A stretch of 59,170 bases of DNA from Bacteroidota bacterium. Lineage in GTDB: Bacteria; Bacteroidota; Bacteroidia; Cytophagales; Cyclobacteriaceae. A program made the translations under genes and the position numbers. The notes under the pieces are model-generated. The model worked only from the letters and a program-made list of their open reading frames with translations. It was not told the DNA's origin and searched no databases. Shown here piece by piece: positions 44,665 through 55,611 of the stretch (position 1 is its first letter; each line of letters opens with the position of its first letter). Where the stretch lies: assembly GCA_049324355.1 (NCBI GenBank), contig JBMOKS010000511.1, forward strand, positions 1 to 59,170, in the 5' to 3' direction.

Positions 44665-44787
44665 TTTTTCTTGGATCCAAAAATGTCTCAAATTTTACAA
44701 AAGGCGCGCCTATAACTGATAGAGATGGCTTAGCATAAAAGCCACCTTATTAGGTTCACGATTAATTTCACCACAATAAGTCGCCTG

Positions 44788-45162
44788 ATGATAAAAAAAC
44801 TTGTTATATCATTCTTAGTTCTGTTCTCAATATCTTGGACGGGCTATTCGCAAAAAGACAGTTCGGATTATAAACTCGAATTTGACACACCCTATAACAA
44901 CCTTTTGAACGTAGATAAAAAGAAATACCCCATAGTAAATTCAAATGTTAAAAGGGTTCCGAGCGATTCTATTGTTTATATGATAGATGGGAAATTTTAC
45001 AGCGGTAGGGAAATCAATGGAATGACCGATCAACAACTTGAAGCCTGGAAAAAAGACATCAAATCAATTGTTGTAGAACATAACAAGGAAGCAATTGATA
45101 GTACCTTAAAAAATAGGTTTAAAACAATGATCATTATTCAATTAAAAGATCCGAATAAGTGA
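44788..45162 (+). CDS. AT-rich secreted hypothetical protein, TonB-plug-like
   Basis: Signal peptide; IVYMIDG...DIKSIVV...EAI...MIIIQLK resembles the plug-domain pattern. Confidence 0.55.
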   Translation: MIKKLVISFLVLFSISWTGYSQKDSSDYKLEFDTPYNNLLNVDKKKYPIVNSNVKRVPSDSIVYMIDGKFYSGREINGMTDQQLEAWKKDIKSIVVEHNKEAIDSTLKNRFKTMIIIQLKDPNK

Positions 45163-45416
45163 TTCCGTTTTTGAGAAGGTAAGAAAGTAGTTTCAAAAGA
45201 GTTAAAGTTTTTAATGTGCTCATGCACTGTCCAAACCAACCCAGTACCACACCCAACAAAAGGTAAGAAGGCCAAACACCACCATAATTTCTTCGTAGCA
45301 GAAGTGAATTCCAGGGACAATCTGCTAAAAAAGCCCTGCTTGAGCTGGCAAGAATTCAAAAACCACTCTTATTACTACGGGTTATTTGATTTATTTTTGT
45401 TCCCTAATTCAACATT

Positions 45417-46817
45417 ATGAACCATCGCATCGAAAAAGACACCATGGGCGAAGTGCAGGTACCAGCCGACCGTTACTGGGGCGCCCAGACCGAACGCTCC
45501 CGCAATAACTTTAAGATCGGCCCTGAAGCCAGCATGCCCAGGGAAATCGTTCACGCCTTTGCCTATCTGAAGAAGGCTGCGGCCCAAGCCAACCACGAAC
45601 TGGGTGTACTTTCGGCCGATAAAAAAGACCTGATCGCCAAAGTTTGTGATGAGATACTTACTGGCAAACTCGATGGTGAATTTCCCCTCGTCATTTGGCA
45701 AACAGGTTCAGGCACACAAAGCAATATGAACGTGAACGAGGTGATCGCCTACCGCGCGCATGTCATGAACGGCGGAAAACTCACCGACGAAAAAAAGGTA
45801 TTGCACCCTAACGATGATGTTAATAAATCACAATCATCCAACGATACATTCCCGACCGCCATGCACATCGCGGCATATAAGCAGGTGGCGGAGATCACGC
45901 TGCCGGGAATGCAGAAATTGCGCAGTACGTTGGCGAGGAAATCTGCGGAATTCAAGAACATAGTCAAAACGGGGCGCACCCATTTTATGGATGCCACACC
46001 CCTAACCCTCGGACAAGAGTTCTCAGGCTATGTACAGCAGATTGATAACAGCATCAAGACCATCAAAAATGCGCTGGAAGCTGTCAGCGAACTGGCCCTC
46101 GGCGGCACAGCCGTAGGCACTGGCTTGAATACACCGAAGGGATACGATGTGTTGGTGGCCAAGAAGATTGCGGACCTCACCAAACTCCCTTTTGTCACGG
46201 CGCCCAACAAGTTTGAAGCCCTTGCCGCCCACGATGCTATGGTGGAGCTCTCCGGAGCGTTGAAGCGCGCAGCCGTGGCGTTGATGAAAGTGGCCAACGA
46301 CATCCGCATGCTGAGCTCTGGTCCACGCTGTGGCATTGGCGAGATCCTCATCCCTGATAATGAACCCGGTTCCTCTATCATGCCAGGCAAGGTGAACCCT
46401 ACTCAACCCGAAGCCCTCACGATGGTATGTGCTCAGGTTATGGGCAACGACGTGGCGGTTTCTATAGGCGGCTCTATGGGCCATTTCGAATTGAACGTCT
46501 TCAAACCAATGATCGCTGCCAACGTACTCCAGTCAGCAAGATTGATTGGCGACGCTTGCGTTTCCTTCAACGATAAGTGCGCTGAAGGTATAGAGCCCAA
46601 CCAGCCGGTTCTCCAGCAACACCTGGAAAACTCACTGATGTTGGTCACGGCATTGAACACGCATATCGGCTACGAAAATGCAGCCAAGATCGCCAAGAAG
46701 GCGCACAAGGAAAACAAGACCTTGCGCGAGGCAGCCGTGCAGCTGGGACTACTCACCTCGGCGCAATTCGATGAATGGGTAAGGCCTGAAAAGATGGTGG
46801 GAAGTCTCGAGAAATAG
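45417..46817 (+). CDS. fumC: Fumarate hydratase class II
   Basis: [35 protein letters not shown] and [11 protein letters not shown] motifs. Confidence 0.98.
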   Translation: MNHRIEKDTMGEVQVPADRYWGAQTERSRNNFKIGPEASMPREIVHAFAYLKKAAAQANHELGVLSADKKDLIAKVCDEILTGKLDGEFPLVIWQTGSGTQSNMNVNEVIAYRAHVMNGGKLTDEKKVLHPNDDVNKSQSSNDTFPTAMHIAAYKQVAEITLPGMQKLRSTLARKSAEFKNIVKTGRTHFMDATPLTLGQEFSGYVQQIDNSIKTIKNALEAVSELALGGTAVGTGLNTPKGYDVLVAKKIADLTKLPFVTAPNKFEALAAHDAMVELSGALKRAAVALMKVANDIRMLSSGPRCGIGEILIPDNEPGSSIMPGKVNPTQPEALTMVCAQVMGNDVAVSIGGSMGHFELNVFKPMIAANVLQSARLIGDACVSFNDKCAEGIEPNQPVLQQHLENSLMLVTALNTHIGYENAAKIAKKAHKENKTLREAAVQLGLLTSAQFDEWVRPEKMVGSLEK

Positions 46818-46879
46818 GAGGTCTTTTAAGAATTCGAAAAAATATTTGTACTTTTAATTTGATTTAAACTAATCAAGCC

Positions 46880-47521
46880 ATGAAATCAAGACTCGTTTTA
46901 ATTTTTTGTCTGGCTTTAATTTTTTCAGCTTCTCAAAGTTTCGCCCAACTCTCCAAAAAAGAAAAAAAGGAGTGGAAGAAGAAAGCCAAGGAATTTGCCA
47001 AGAATCCTGCTAACCTTAAGCAGTTCACTGAAGATAAGCAAACAGCCGACAATCAGGTATCGGAATTAACCCAGAAAGTAAGCCAGATGCAATCTTCAAT
47101 TAGTGATAAAGACGCTAAGATTGCAGAACTTGAAGACCAGCTCGCACAGGCGAGGGCTCAGCTTACCACCGCTAGGGCTGAGATTGCACAGCTCAAAGAG
47201 GCCCCTCCCGTAACTAACCCGATGGACTTTTCGAAGGGTGTGGTGTTCAAAGTTCAGATCGGTGCTTTCAAGAATAAGGATCTTGCCAAATATTTTGAGA
47301 ATAACCCGAATTTCGGAGGTGAAGCAAAAGAGGGCGAACCACAGAAAATTACCATTGGAATTTTCCGCGATTATTGGGAAGCCGATACCTTTAAAAAATA
47401 TATGCGCGAAATGGGCGTTAAGGATGCGTGGATCGTTCCTTACCGGGATGGTGAGCGTGTGGAGATCAAAGACGTATTAGAAGGTGTTGTGAATGAAAAA
47501 CCTGCCGAAGGAACAAAATAA
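46880..47521 (+). CDS. Secreted coiled-coil protein with C-terminal SPOR-like domain
   Basis: Signal peptide, long heptad-rich helix, then FKVQIGAF...G.F..Y.EA...MGVKDAWIVPY.DG. Confidence 0.7.
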   Translation: MKSRLVLIFCLALIFSASQSFAQLSKKEKKEWKKKAKEFAKNPANLKQFTEDKQTADNQVSELTQKVSQMQSSISDKDAKIAELEDQLAQARAQLTTARAEIAQLKEAPPVTNPMDFSKGVVFKVQIGAFKNKDLAKYFENNPNFGGEAKEGEPQKITIGIFRDYWEADTFKKYMREMGVKDAWIVPYRDGERVEIKDVLEGVVNEKPAEGTK

Positions 47522-47542
47522 CAGAGTTTTGACCCCATACTT

Positions 47543-47571
47543 AAAAGCAGTATAGCCGTACTGCTTTTTTT
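47543..47571 (+). terminator. Intrinsic terminator
   Basis: AAAAGCAGTA-tagccg-TACTGCTTTTTTT. Confidence 0.8.
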
Positions 47572-47628
47572 ATTTGCCGTTCACGGGCGTTAACTTTCAA
47601 AAGCCCTTTTCAGGGTTATTTTTGTAAC

Positions 47629-48405
47629 ATGACAAGGGCTGTCTTATTCATACTTTTTGCTACCATCACCTCTTATGCACAGGTGCGTGTAAGCAAACTT
47701 GTCATTAATCCCGGCGAAGTTTACGAACTGGGGGAATCAGACATCATCGTGGCCGACACGCTTATCATGATGGATTCCTCGCGCATCAAACTCAATCAGC
47801 TGAAACGGGAAAATTACATTCGCGCAAAAGTTGCCATCTTCGGAAATCATACGATCATAGACGGCCGAGGCGTCAGTGGAAAACCGGGCCGAAATGGTAA
47901 ACCCGGCAGAACCTTTATAGGGCCCTGCCGTGCCGGTTCCGACGGCGCTCATGGCACGCGCGGACTGGAAGGCACGCCAGGCATCAATCTTTTTCTTTAT
48001 ATTGATAAGATTAATATAACAGGCAGACTGATCATAGATTTAAGCGGTGGCCATGGTGGCAATGGAGGCGATGGCGGAGAAGGTGGAGGTGGTAGCCCCG
48101 GCACACTGCAATGCGACGGAGGCAATGGAGGAAACGGCGGCAGCGGTGCTATAGGAGGAAACGGCGGTGTCGGCGGAACTTTAACAATCGGAGGTAGTGA
48201 TCTCGCGATCATCAAAACCCTGATCGGAAACAAATTGACCTTGTATAATAAAGGCGGGAATTTTGGATACGGAGGAATTTCTGGTTTTGGCGGTCCGCCC
48301 GGTCTCGGGCCCGCAAAAAAAAATGGCAGGGCAGGAGTTAGAGGAATAGACGGGCCCTATGGTCGGTCAGGGAACAACGGCAGTGTAAAGTTCGAAGAAC
48401 AATAA
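47629..48405 (+). CDS. Secreted glycine-rich (collagen-like/GxGG-repeat) protein
   Basis: Signal peptide; G-x-x triplets (GKPGRNGKPG, GSDGAHGTRGLEGTPG) and GGNGG repeats. Confidence 0.75.
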   Translation: MTRAVLFILFATITSYAQVRVSKLVINPGEVYELGESDIIVADTLIMMDSSRIKLNQLKRENYIRAKVAIFGNHTIIDGRGVSGKPGRNGKPGRTFIGPCRAGSDGAHGTRGLEGTPGINLFLYIDKINITGRLIIDLSGGHGGNGGDGGEGGGGSPGTLQCDGGNGGNGGSGAIGGNGGVGGTLTIGGSDLAIIKTLIGNKLTLYNKGGNFGYGGISGFGGPPGLGPAKKNGRAGVRGIDGPYGRSGNNGSVKFEEQ

Positions 48406-48409
48406 GTTG

Positions 48410-50110
48410 ATGGAGAAGCGTTGGTTATATAAAGAAATTCCGGAGCAGAGGAAGATCGAAGAATTGTCGAAAGCGATCAATGTGAACGCTCACTTGTCAG
48501 CCCTGCTGATCCAACGAGGTATTACAGACTTTCACACCGCGAAAGAGTTCTTTCGACCTGCCCTGGACGATCTCTTCGATCCGTTCCTGATGAAGGATAT
48601 GGATAAGGCTGTAGCTCGCCTGAGATCAGCCATTGATACTGAAGAGAAAATTCTCATCTATGGCGATTACGATGTCGATGGCACCACCGCAGTATCGCTG
48701 GTGTACAGTTACCTGCGCGAATTTTATCAGCATTGTAATGTATACATACCCGACCGATATGCTGAAGGATATGGCATTTCACTCGCAGGCATTGAGTGGG
48801 CAGAACAAAACGGATACTCACTTATCATCGCACTAGACTGTGGTATAAAATCGATGGAACTGATAACCATCGCCAACAATAAAGGTATCGACTTTATTAT
48901 TTGCGATCATCACCTCCCCGACGAAACTATACCCGAGGCCATTGCCGTATTGGACCCCAAACGCGAAGATTGCCCTTATCCCTGCAAAGAGCTCAGTGGC
49001 TGTGGCATCGGATTCAAATTCATGCAGGCTTTTGCCCAGCGATATCGTGACAAACAAGCAATATACAGGTATCTTGATCTGGTGGCGGTGAGTATTGCGT
49101 CTGATATTGTTCCTATCGTTGGCGAAAACCGCATACTTACTTTCTTTGGACTGAAAAAGTTGAATGAAGATCCGTTGCCCGGACTTAAAGCATTGAAAGA
49201 TATTGCCAGTCTGCGCAGCGATTTTGATGTGTCAGGCGTGGTGTTCACCCTCGGGCCTCGCATTAATGCCGCCGGCCGCGTAGCCCACGCCCGTGCTGCC
49301 GTAGATCTGCTAATCGCTAAAACAGAAGAAGAGGCCAATGAGCTGGCAGAAAAAGTAAACCTGAAAAACGAACTGAGAAAGGAATTCGACTCGTCTATTA
49401 CCGAAGAAGCTATTGCTATGATCGAAGGCAACAACGCCATACGATCATCCAAATCCACTGTGCTTTTCAAAAACACGTGGCATAAAGGTGTTATTGGCAT
49501 AGTTGCTGCTCGATGTGTGGAGAAATTTTACCGACCCACCGTGATACTGACTGAATCGAATAATAAAATAACAGGCTCTGCGCGCAGCGTGAACGGCTTT
49601 GATTTATACAACGCCATTCTCGGGTGTAGTGACTTGCTCGAAAAATTCGGAGGGCACAAATATGCAGCAGGCCTCACCCTCGACGTGAGCAATCTGGAGG
49701 CATTTCAGCAACGATTTGAAGAAGTGGTTTCTGCCACCATCACAGATGACATGCTCATCCCGGTTGTCGATATCGATCTGCCTATCACCCTGGATACAAT
49801 CACGCCCAAATTCCTGAACATCTTAAAACAGATCGCACCGTTCGGCCCTGAAAACCAACGGCCTGTGTTTGAGGCCAGAGAATTGTATGTATTCAACTCG
49901 CTTTCGAGCTTCAAAGACAGACATATTAAATTCCTGGTTGGCCAACGCGGCAGCGAAAATGTTTTTCAAGCAGTGGGGTTCGATCTGGCCGAGCACTACA
50001 GCCGTATTGCCCGGTGCGATCCGTTCAGAATGGCATTCACTATTGAGGAGAACACCTACAACGGCTCTACAACCGTTCAATTGCGGATAAAGGATATCAA
50101 ATTTGAGTAG
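48410..50110 (+). CDS. recJ: Single-stranded-DNA exonuclease RecJ
   Basis: YGDYDVDG, DCGI, DHH, PRINAAGR, GSARS, GGH..AAG and PFG..N motifs. Confidence 0.97.
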   Translation: MEKRWLYKEIPEQRKIEELSKAINVNAHLSALLIQRGITDFHTAKEFFRPALDDLFDPFLMKDMDKAVARLRSAIDTEEKILIYGDYDVDGTTAVSLVYSYLREFYQHCNVYIPDRYAEGYGISLAGIEWAEQNGYSLIIALDCGIKSMELITIANNKGIDFIICDHHLPDETIPEAIAVLDPKREDCPYPCKELSGCGIGFKFMQAFAQRYRDKQAIYRYLDLVAVSIASDIVPIVGENRILTFFGLKKLNEDPLPGLKALKDIASLRSDFDVSGVVFTLGPRINAAGRVAHARAAVDLLIAKTEEEANELAEKVNLKNELRKEFDSSITEEAIAMIEGNNAIRSSKSTVLFKNTWHKGVIGIVAARCVEKFYRPTVILTESNNKITGSARSVNGFDLYNAILGCSDLLEKFGGHKYAAGLTLDVSNLEAFQQRFEEVVSATITDDMLIPVVDIDLPITLDTITPKFLNILKQIAPFGPENQRPVFEARELYVFNSLSSFKDRHIKFLVGQRGSENVFQAVGFDLAEHYSRIARCDPFRMAFTIEENTYNGSTTVQLRIKDIKFE

Positions 50111-50113
50111 ATC

Positions 50114-50896
50114 ATGATTTTGCGTGCGGAGCACTTAGTGAAAAAATACAAGGCACGAACCGTAGTAAACAACGTTTCAGTGCAGGTAGAGCAAGGAGAG
50201 ATCGTAGGCCTGCTCGGTCCCAACGGCGCAGGGAAAACTACGTCGTTCTATATGATCGTAGGATTGATCAAGCCCAATGAAGGAAAAATATTTCTTGAGA
50301 ATGAGGAGATAACACCCCTGCCGATGTATCAACGAGCAAAAAAGGGCATTGGCTATCTGGCGCAAGAGGCATCCGTTTTTCGGAAACTTACGGTGGAAGA
50401 AAACATCATGGCGGTGCTCGAGATGAGAAACCCCAACAAGCAAGAACGAAAAGAAAAAGTAGAACAACTCATCGAAGAGTTCAGCCTGCAGAAAGTTAGA
50501 AAGAACCTGGGCATGTCGTTGTCAGGGGGAGAGCGAAGGCGCACTGAAATTGCCCGCGCGCTGGCGGTAGATCCGAAGTTTGTATTACTTGATGAACCTT
50601 TCGCTGGCGTGGATCCCATTGCAGTAGAAGAAATTCAGACCATCGTAGCCAAGCTCAAGAAGAAAAACATCGGTATTCTCATTACAGACCACAACGTAGA
50701 CGAAACACTTTCAATCACCGACCGCGCCTACCTGATGGTTGATGGGAAATTGTTCAAATCAGGCACGGCAGAAGAATTGGCCAGCGATCCGCAGGTAAGA
50801 AAGGTATATCTTGGGCAAAATTTTGAATTGCGCCGGGCCAAACTCAACGTTCCTGATTCAACCATGGACGAATGGATCGACCCGAATCCACTTTAA
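50114..50896 (+). CDS. lptB: LPS export ABC ATPase LptB
   Basis: [43 protein letters not shown] and VYLG motifs. Confidence 0.96.
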   Translation: MILRAEHLVKKYKARTVVNNVSVQVEQGEIVGLLGPNGAGKTTSFYMIVGLIKPNEGKIFLENEEITPLPMYQRAKKGIGYLAQEASVFRKLTVEENIMAVLEMRNPNKQERKEKVEQLIEEFSLQKVRKNLGMSLSGGERRRTEIARALAVDPKFVLLDEPFAGVDPIAVEEIQTIVAKLKKKNIGILITDHNVDETLSITDRAYLMVDGKLFKSGTAEELASDPQVRKVYLGQNFELRRAKLNVPDSTMDEWIDPNPL

Positions 50897-51378
50897 CATG
50901 GAATCATTTCCTTGATGAACCTCCAAACCATTTCGGATTCATAACCTTTTTGAATGGCATAATGTGAGAGTTTGTCACGAACCACAAAAACATTTTCGGC
51001 GTCAATAGTAGCTAGTTTCTTTTGCAACACCGCCTTTAAGGTGTCTTCGTAGTCAGCGTCATCAATTTCGCGGAGGCCGATCTTAATACAATTTTTGGAA
51101 ACATTCCTGGCCTCAAGCTCATGGGTGATCTTGATGCGCCCCCATTTTTTTATACGGAATTTTCCGCCGGCAAATGCTTTGGCAAAACGTTCTTCGTTAA
51201 GGAAGCCGTCAGTGATCAGTTGCGTGAGAATTTCATCAACCTGACTGGAGTAAAGACCGTATTCAAAAAGTTTCTGTCGCACCTCCTGGTGGCACCGCTC
51301 CTGATATGCACAATACCGTTGAATCCTTTCCTTTGCTTGCTGAACGGTTAACTTTTTTGATCGATTATCTCTCTCCAA
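50893..51378 (-). CDS. recX: Regulatory protein RecX
   Basis: [26 protein letters not shown] and KGYE motifs. Confidence 0.92.
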   Translation of the reverse strand: MERDNRSKKLTVQQAKERIQRYCAYQERCHQEVRQKLFEYGLYSSQVDEILTQLITDGFLNEERFAKAFAGGKFRIKKWGRIKITHELEARNVSKNCIKIGLREIDDADYEDTLKAVLQKKLATIDAENVFVVRDKLSHYAIQKGYESEMVWRFIKEMIPC

Positions 51379-51447
51379 AGTGACGTTATAGTGACAATTA
51401 CAGATGACGACGAATCAATGCGGTCTTCTTTAATGGACGATCGACAA

Positions 51448-51924
51448 TTACTTCACCAAGCCTTTTGTTTTCAGAATGCTGGCTAAAAATTTACGCTCGT
51501 TTTCAGTGTTGAAGATCTTAAAGGGCAAATGTATCAGCTGCGCCTTGTTGATGAAGAGCACGAAGTAGTCTTTACCGATTTTGGCCTTCTTGACCTGGTC
51601 CCATTTCAAGGGCATGCCTTCGCGCGGGTTGATCTTCATGACGATTTGCTGACTGTTGATCTCGTACATGAATTTTTCAAACAACATTTTGCCCTGTTCT
51701 AGTTGAGTAACGCCATAAAACTGTATCCACCAGAATAGCAGATAAAGTCCAAGACCCACAAAAGCGCCGATAAACCACCAGATGCTGGGCACCCAGATGT
51801 AACATAAGCACAAGGCGAAAGCGACTGTTGCGGCGATCCACCCCTGCTTCATTAAAATTTCCTTGAGGGCCAGGTTGATATAAATTTTCTTATCGAGTTT
51901 GTAGTTTTTCGTTTTAATAATCAT
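51448..51924 (-). CDS. YcxB-like membrane protein
   Basis: Two TM segments followed by a W..V.K....K.YF.L......IHLP...F C-terminal domain. Confidence 0.7.
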   Translation of the reverse strand: MIIKTKNYKLDKKIYINLALKEILMKQGWIAATVAFALCLCYIWVPSIWWFIGAFVGLGLYLLFWWIQFYGVTQLEQGKMLFEKFMYEINSQQIVMKINPREGMPLKWDQVKKAKIGKDYFVLFINKAQLIHLPFKIFNTENERKFLASILKTKGLVK

Positions 51925-51972
51925 AATTCATGTTCACTTTTATTCATTCTTACCGCAGTCTCCGGCGCAAAA

Positions 51973-52833
51973 CTACTTGACAGCTTTGAGACTTAGATCA
52001 AGACTTTTTACGGTGTGGGTCAAGGCGCCTACTGAGATATAATCAACACCGCAAGAAGCTACCGCAGCAATAGTTTCTTCTGTGATTCCGCCGCTGGCTT
52101 CTGTTTTATATTTTCCGTCGATCAGGGCCACCGCCTCTTTCATCGTTTTGATATCCATATTATCCAGCATAATGACGTGAACTCCTCCGGTATTTAGCAC
52201 CTGTCTCACTTCATCTAGGTTTCGGGTCTCAATCTCTATTTGGAGATTTCTATTGGTGGCGCGAAGATAATCTTTTGTTCGAATGATTGCTTCGGCGATT
52301 CCACCCGCCATATCAATATGATTATCTTTCAGCATGATCATATCGTATAGCCCGATCCGGTGATTGTGTCCGCCACCGATCAAAACGGCCCATTTTTCCA
52401 AGAGCCTGAAATTTGGTGTGGTTTTACGCGTGTCGAGCAGCTGGACCCGCGTTCCCTTGACCAGATTGACCATGGCGCGGGTTTTGGTGGCAATGCCACT
52501 CATGCGTTGCATGCAATTTAAAACGAGACGCTCGGCCGTGAGGATAGAGCGGGCTAAACCAGAAACGGTAAAAACGATATCGCCCTTCCTGATCTCAGAT
52601 CCATCAGCCAACATCATTTCTACCTTTAAAGCAGGATCTACCTGGCGAAAAATCTTCCAGGCAAGCTCGGTTCCGCCCAAAATGCCATCTTCTTTAACCA
52701 AAAGGTTGGCTTTGCATTCTTTATCTGCGGTTACGGAAGCCAGCGATGAATGATCACCATCGCCAACATCTTCCGCCAGGGCGGTGCTGATAAAACGATG
52801 CAAGAAATCTTCGTTGATATAGTATGGTTTCAC
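51973..52833 (-). CDS. nadC: Nicotinate-nucleotide diphosphorylase (carboxylating)
   Basis: ALAEDVG.GD, AER, DTRKTTP, NHRIGL.D, KDNH, LDNM, EASGGI and SVGALTH motifs. Confidence 0.97.
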   Translation of the reverse strand: MKPYYINEDFLHRFISTALAEDVGDGDHSSLASVTADKECKANLLVKEDGILGGTELAWKIFRQVDPALKVEMMLADGSEIRKGDIVFTVSGLARSILTAERLVLNCMQRMSGIATKTRAMVNLVKGTRVQLLDTRKTTPNFRLLEKWAVLIGGGHNHRIGLYDMIMLKDNHIDMAGGIAEAIIRTKDYLRATNRNLQIEIETRNLDEVRQVLNTGGVHVIMLDNMDIKTMKEAVALIDGKYKTEASGGITEETIAAVASCGVDYISVGALTHTVKSLDLSLKAVK

Positions 52834-52901
52834 TCCGCAAAAATAAAACAGGATTTTAGGATTAACAGGTTTATGGGAAGGATTGGCAAGGATTATTTGG
52901 C

Positions 52902-53303
52902 CTATTCCTTGGAAAAAGAAATTTCGTGGACGAGCGCCTGATTATTGACGGATTTTATCTTCATAAATACCCGGTAGATATCGGTGTTGCTTTTATACTG
53001 ACCAATGGCAAAGGGCTGCCCGCCTTTAGATGAGCCCTGGTGGATAATATTAAATTCCGCGGGAGGATGCTGCTTAAAAAAGTCGCGAAACACAAACTCG
53101 GCTTGGGCCTTGCTGTAAGATTCTACCTTACCCTCGATCGTGATATCAACGGTTTGATTCAGGTACTTGGAAAGTTCCTTGGCACTACCAGCTTTAATGG
53201 TCTCTTTTACCTGGCCAATAACATCAGTCTGGCCCAATGAGACAAACGCATGTAAGGTAAGTACCGCAAAAACTATAATCACCTGTATTCTGTTCCCCTT
53301 CAT
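52902..53303 (-). CDS. DUF4783-like periplasmic protein
   Basis: Signal peptide; IK.G.AKEL..Y and YSK.QAE.V..DFF...PP..F...HQG motifs. Confidence 0.75.
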   Translation of the reverse strand: MKGNRIQVIIVFAVLTLHAFVSLGQTDVIGQVKETIKAGSAKELSKYLNQTVDITIEGKVESYSKAQAEFVFRDFFKQHPPAEFNIIHQGSSKGGQPFAIGQYKSNTDIYRVFMKIKSVNNQALVHEISFSKE

Positions 53304-53433
53304 GACAATCGGGTTAAATGGCCAAAATTATGCCATTGTTGAAAGATAAATAAATTTTATTGAAGCAATTAGCCATACAAACGATTACAAGGTAACAGTT
53401 TCAACATCTGCAATAATTTGAGCTAATCGTGCC

Positions 53434-53441
53434 TATATTTG
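53434..53441 (+). promoter_or_regulatory. -7 promoter box (TATATTTG) for gpmI
   Basis: TAnnTTTG 31 nt before ATG 53473. Confidence 0.6.
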
Positions 53442-53472
53442 CGCCTCTTTTACGCTTGAAAGTCAAACTATT

Positions 53473-54999
53473 ATGAATAAAAAAGTTTTGCTCATGATAT
53501 TGGATGGTTGGGGTATCGCTTTGAAAAAAGACGTATCAGCGATCGACAAAGCCAAAACACCCTTTATCAATTCTTTATACACCAAGTATAAGCATAGTAA
53601 GTTGGAAGCTTCTGGCTTGGCTGTGGGCCTGCCGGCCGGACAAATGGGCAATTCTGAAGTTGGCCACATGAACATCGGCGCAGGCCGCGTGGTGTACCAG
53701 GATCTGGTAAGGGTGAATAAAGCCATTGAAGAACAGGAACTGGATTCTAATCCGGTTTTGACCGAAGCATTTGCCTACGCCAAAAAAAATAACAAGAATA
53801 TTCACTTTATCGGGTTGGTTTCAGATGGTGGCGTTCACTCACATATCGATCATCTGAAAGGGTTGATCAGCATAGCCCATCGTCAAAGCGTTCAGAATCT
53901 TTTCATACACGCATTTACGGACGGCCGCGATACCGACCCAAGAAGCGGACTGGGTTTTTTGAAAGATCTCTTGCATCACATGCAAAAAACAACTGGCAAA
54001 CTCGCCAGCGTTGTGGGCCGCTACTATGCGATGGATCGCGATAAACGTTGGGAGCGGGTGAAGCTCGCTTATGATGCGTTGGTGAAAGGCGCTGGCGAGA
54101 AAACAACCGACATCATCGAAGCCGTGCAGCGATCTTACGATGCCAATGTTACTGACGAATTCATTCGTCCGGTGGTAGCCGTGAATAATGACCAGCAGCC
54201 ATTGGCCACCATCAAGGATGGTGATGTAGTGTTGTGCTTCAACTTCCGCACCGACCGTGGTCGCGAGATCACTCAGGTGCTGACGCAGCTCGATTTTCCC
54301 GATCACGGCATGAAGAAATTGAAGTTGCACTATGTCACCCTCACCAATTACGACGATACATTCAAAGACGTAAAGACCATTTTCGATAAGGATAATCTCG
54401 CAAAAACTTTAGGCGAAGTAGTTTCCGAAGCCGGTAAAAAACAAATTCGCATCGCGGAGACTGAAAAATACCCCCATGTGACCTTCTTTTTCTCGGGAGG
54501 AAGAGAAGAACAGTTTCCGGGAGAGTCTAGGATCTTATGTCCGTCACCCAAAGTGGCGACCTACGACTTGAAGCCCGAAATGAGCGCCCACGATATCAAG
54601 GATAAAATCATACCGGAGCTGGAAAAGAAAGAGGCTGATTTCATCTGCCTCAATTTTGCCAACCCTGACATGGTGGGACATACCGGCGTTTTTGAAGCAG
54701 CGGTGAAAGCCTGCGAAACGGTTGACTTCTGCGCACAGAAGGTAACAGAAGCGGCATTGAAGAATGGCTATAGCACCATTATTATCGCCGATCACGGCAA
54801 CGCCGATCTTATGATCAACGACGACGGCACACCTAACACCGCGCATACTACCAACTTAGTGCCCTGCATATTGGTCGACGATAACTACACAGGCAAATTG
54901 AAGAATGGAAAATTAGGTGATCTGGCGCCCACCATCCTGACCCTGATGGGCGTGCCGATACCGGCTCAAATGACTGGCGATGTTTTGCTTGAAAAATAA
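53473..54999 (+). CDS. gpmI: 2,3-bisphosphoglycerate-independent phosphoglycerate mutase
   Basis: ILDGWG, MGNSEVGH, GRYYAMDRD, AETEKYPHVTFF, NPDMVGHTG and ADHGNA motifs. Confidence 0.98.
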   Translation: MNKKVLLMILDGWGIALKKDVSAIDKAKTPFINSLYTKYKHSKLEASGLAVGLPAGQMGNSEVGHMNIGAGRVVYQDLVRVNKAIEEQELDSNPVLTEAFAYAKKNNKNIHFIGLVSDGGVHSHIDHLKGLISIAHRQSVQNLFIHAFTDGRDTDPRSGLGFLKDLLHHMQKTTGKLASVVGRYYAMDRDKRWERVKLAYDALVKGAGEKTTDIIEAVQRSYDANVTDEFIRPVVAVNNDQQPLATIKDGDVVLCFNFRTDRGREITQVLTQLDFPDHGMKKLKLHYVTLTNYDDTFKDVKTIFDKDNLAKTLGEVVSEAGKKQIRIAETEKYPHVTFFFSGGREEQFPGESRILCPSPKVATYDLKPEMSAHDIKDKIIPELEKKEADFICLNFANPDMVGHTGVFEAAVKACETVDFCAQKVTEAALKNGYSTIIIADHGNADLMINDDGTPNTAHTTNLVPCILVDDNYTGKLKNGKLGDLAPTILTLMGVPIPAQMTGDVLLEK

Positions 55000-55606
55000 T
55001 TTTATAAAAAAAATAGCGTGGGTATTGCTTGGCTCAGCGTTGCTGATATCATGCCATGAACACTACTCCGAACGTGCCACTTTCTATCCGGTGGATAGTT
55101 TGGTGATGGCACAGATCAATTATTTGTCTTCAGTACACGCCACGTTATATAAAGAATCCGCTTTGAATGCCCAGTTGGATACGTCAAGATATTCTCCTGC
55201 CGATTCCATGCAGTGGATCAAGGAGCTCGATATATTTCGTCAGCTTGAAGTGATCAATAAACCCATTAACCGGGATAGTTATCTGGTGAACGATGGCGAG
55301 ACTGATCCGGGCAGCAATCTGACCATTAAAACTTTTACCCGCAAAGAGAAAGAGGAGCTGCCAGTGGTTTACCTGAAAGTATATTATCAGCATTCTATCC
55401 GACAACCTCGCAAAATTGAAGCTTTGTTTGATGAGGAAAATGCGTTGTATAAAAGTGCCCGCGTGCTTTCAATGGATTTTCATCCGATCAACAATAAAAC
55501 AGTGCTCACATCCTACTCCATTACGGGAGGACAAAAAATGATTCTGCGAGATTCGGTTGATTTTTCCATAAGAGGAAAGATCACTGTGGGTGGGCGTTTA
55601 AATTAA
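54980..55606 (+). CDS. Hypothetical lipoprotein
   Basis: LLISC lipobox; W..EL..F..L..INKP motif; exact start uncertain. Confidence 0.65.
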   Translation: MFCLKNNFIKKIAWVLLGSALLISCHEHYSERATFYPVDSLVMAQINYLSSVHATLYKESALNAQLDTSRYSPADSMQWIKELDIFRQLEVINKPINRDSYLVNDGETDPGSNLTIKTFTRKEKEELPVVYLKVYYQHSIRQPRKIEALFDEENALYKSARVLSMDFHPINNKTVLTSYSITGGQKMILRDSVDFSIRGKITVGGRLN

Positions 55607-55611
55607 GAAGC

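Noticed and set aside
44704-44760. attC-like recombination site before the AT-rich gene (GCCTATAAC..., GGCTT/AAGCC hairpin)
   Set aside because: No matching complementary GTT-core end and no second copy after the gene.
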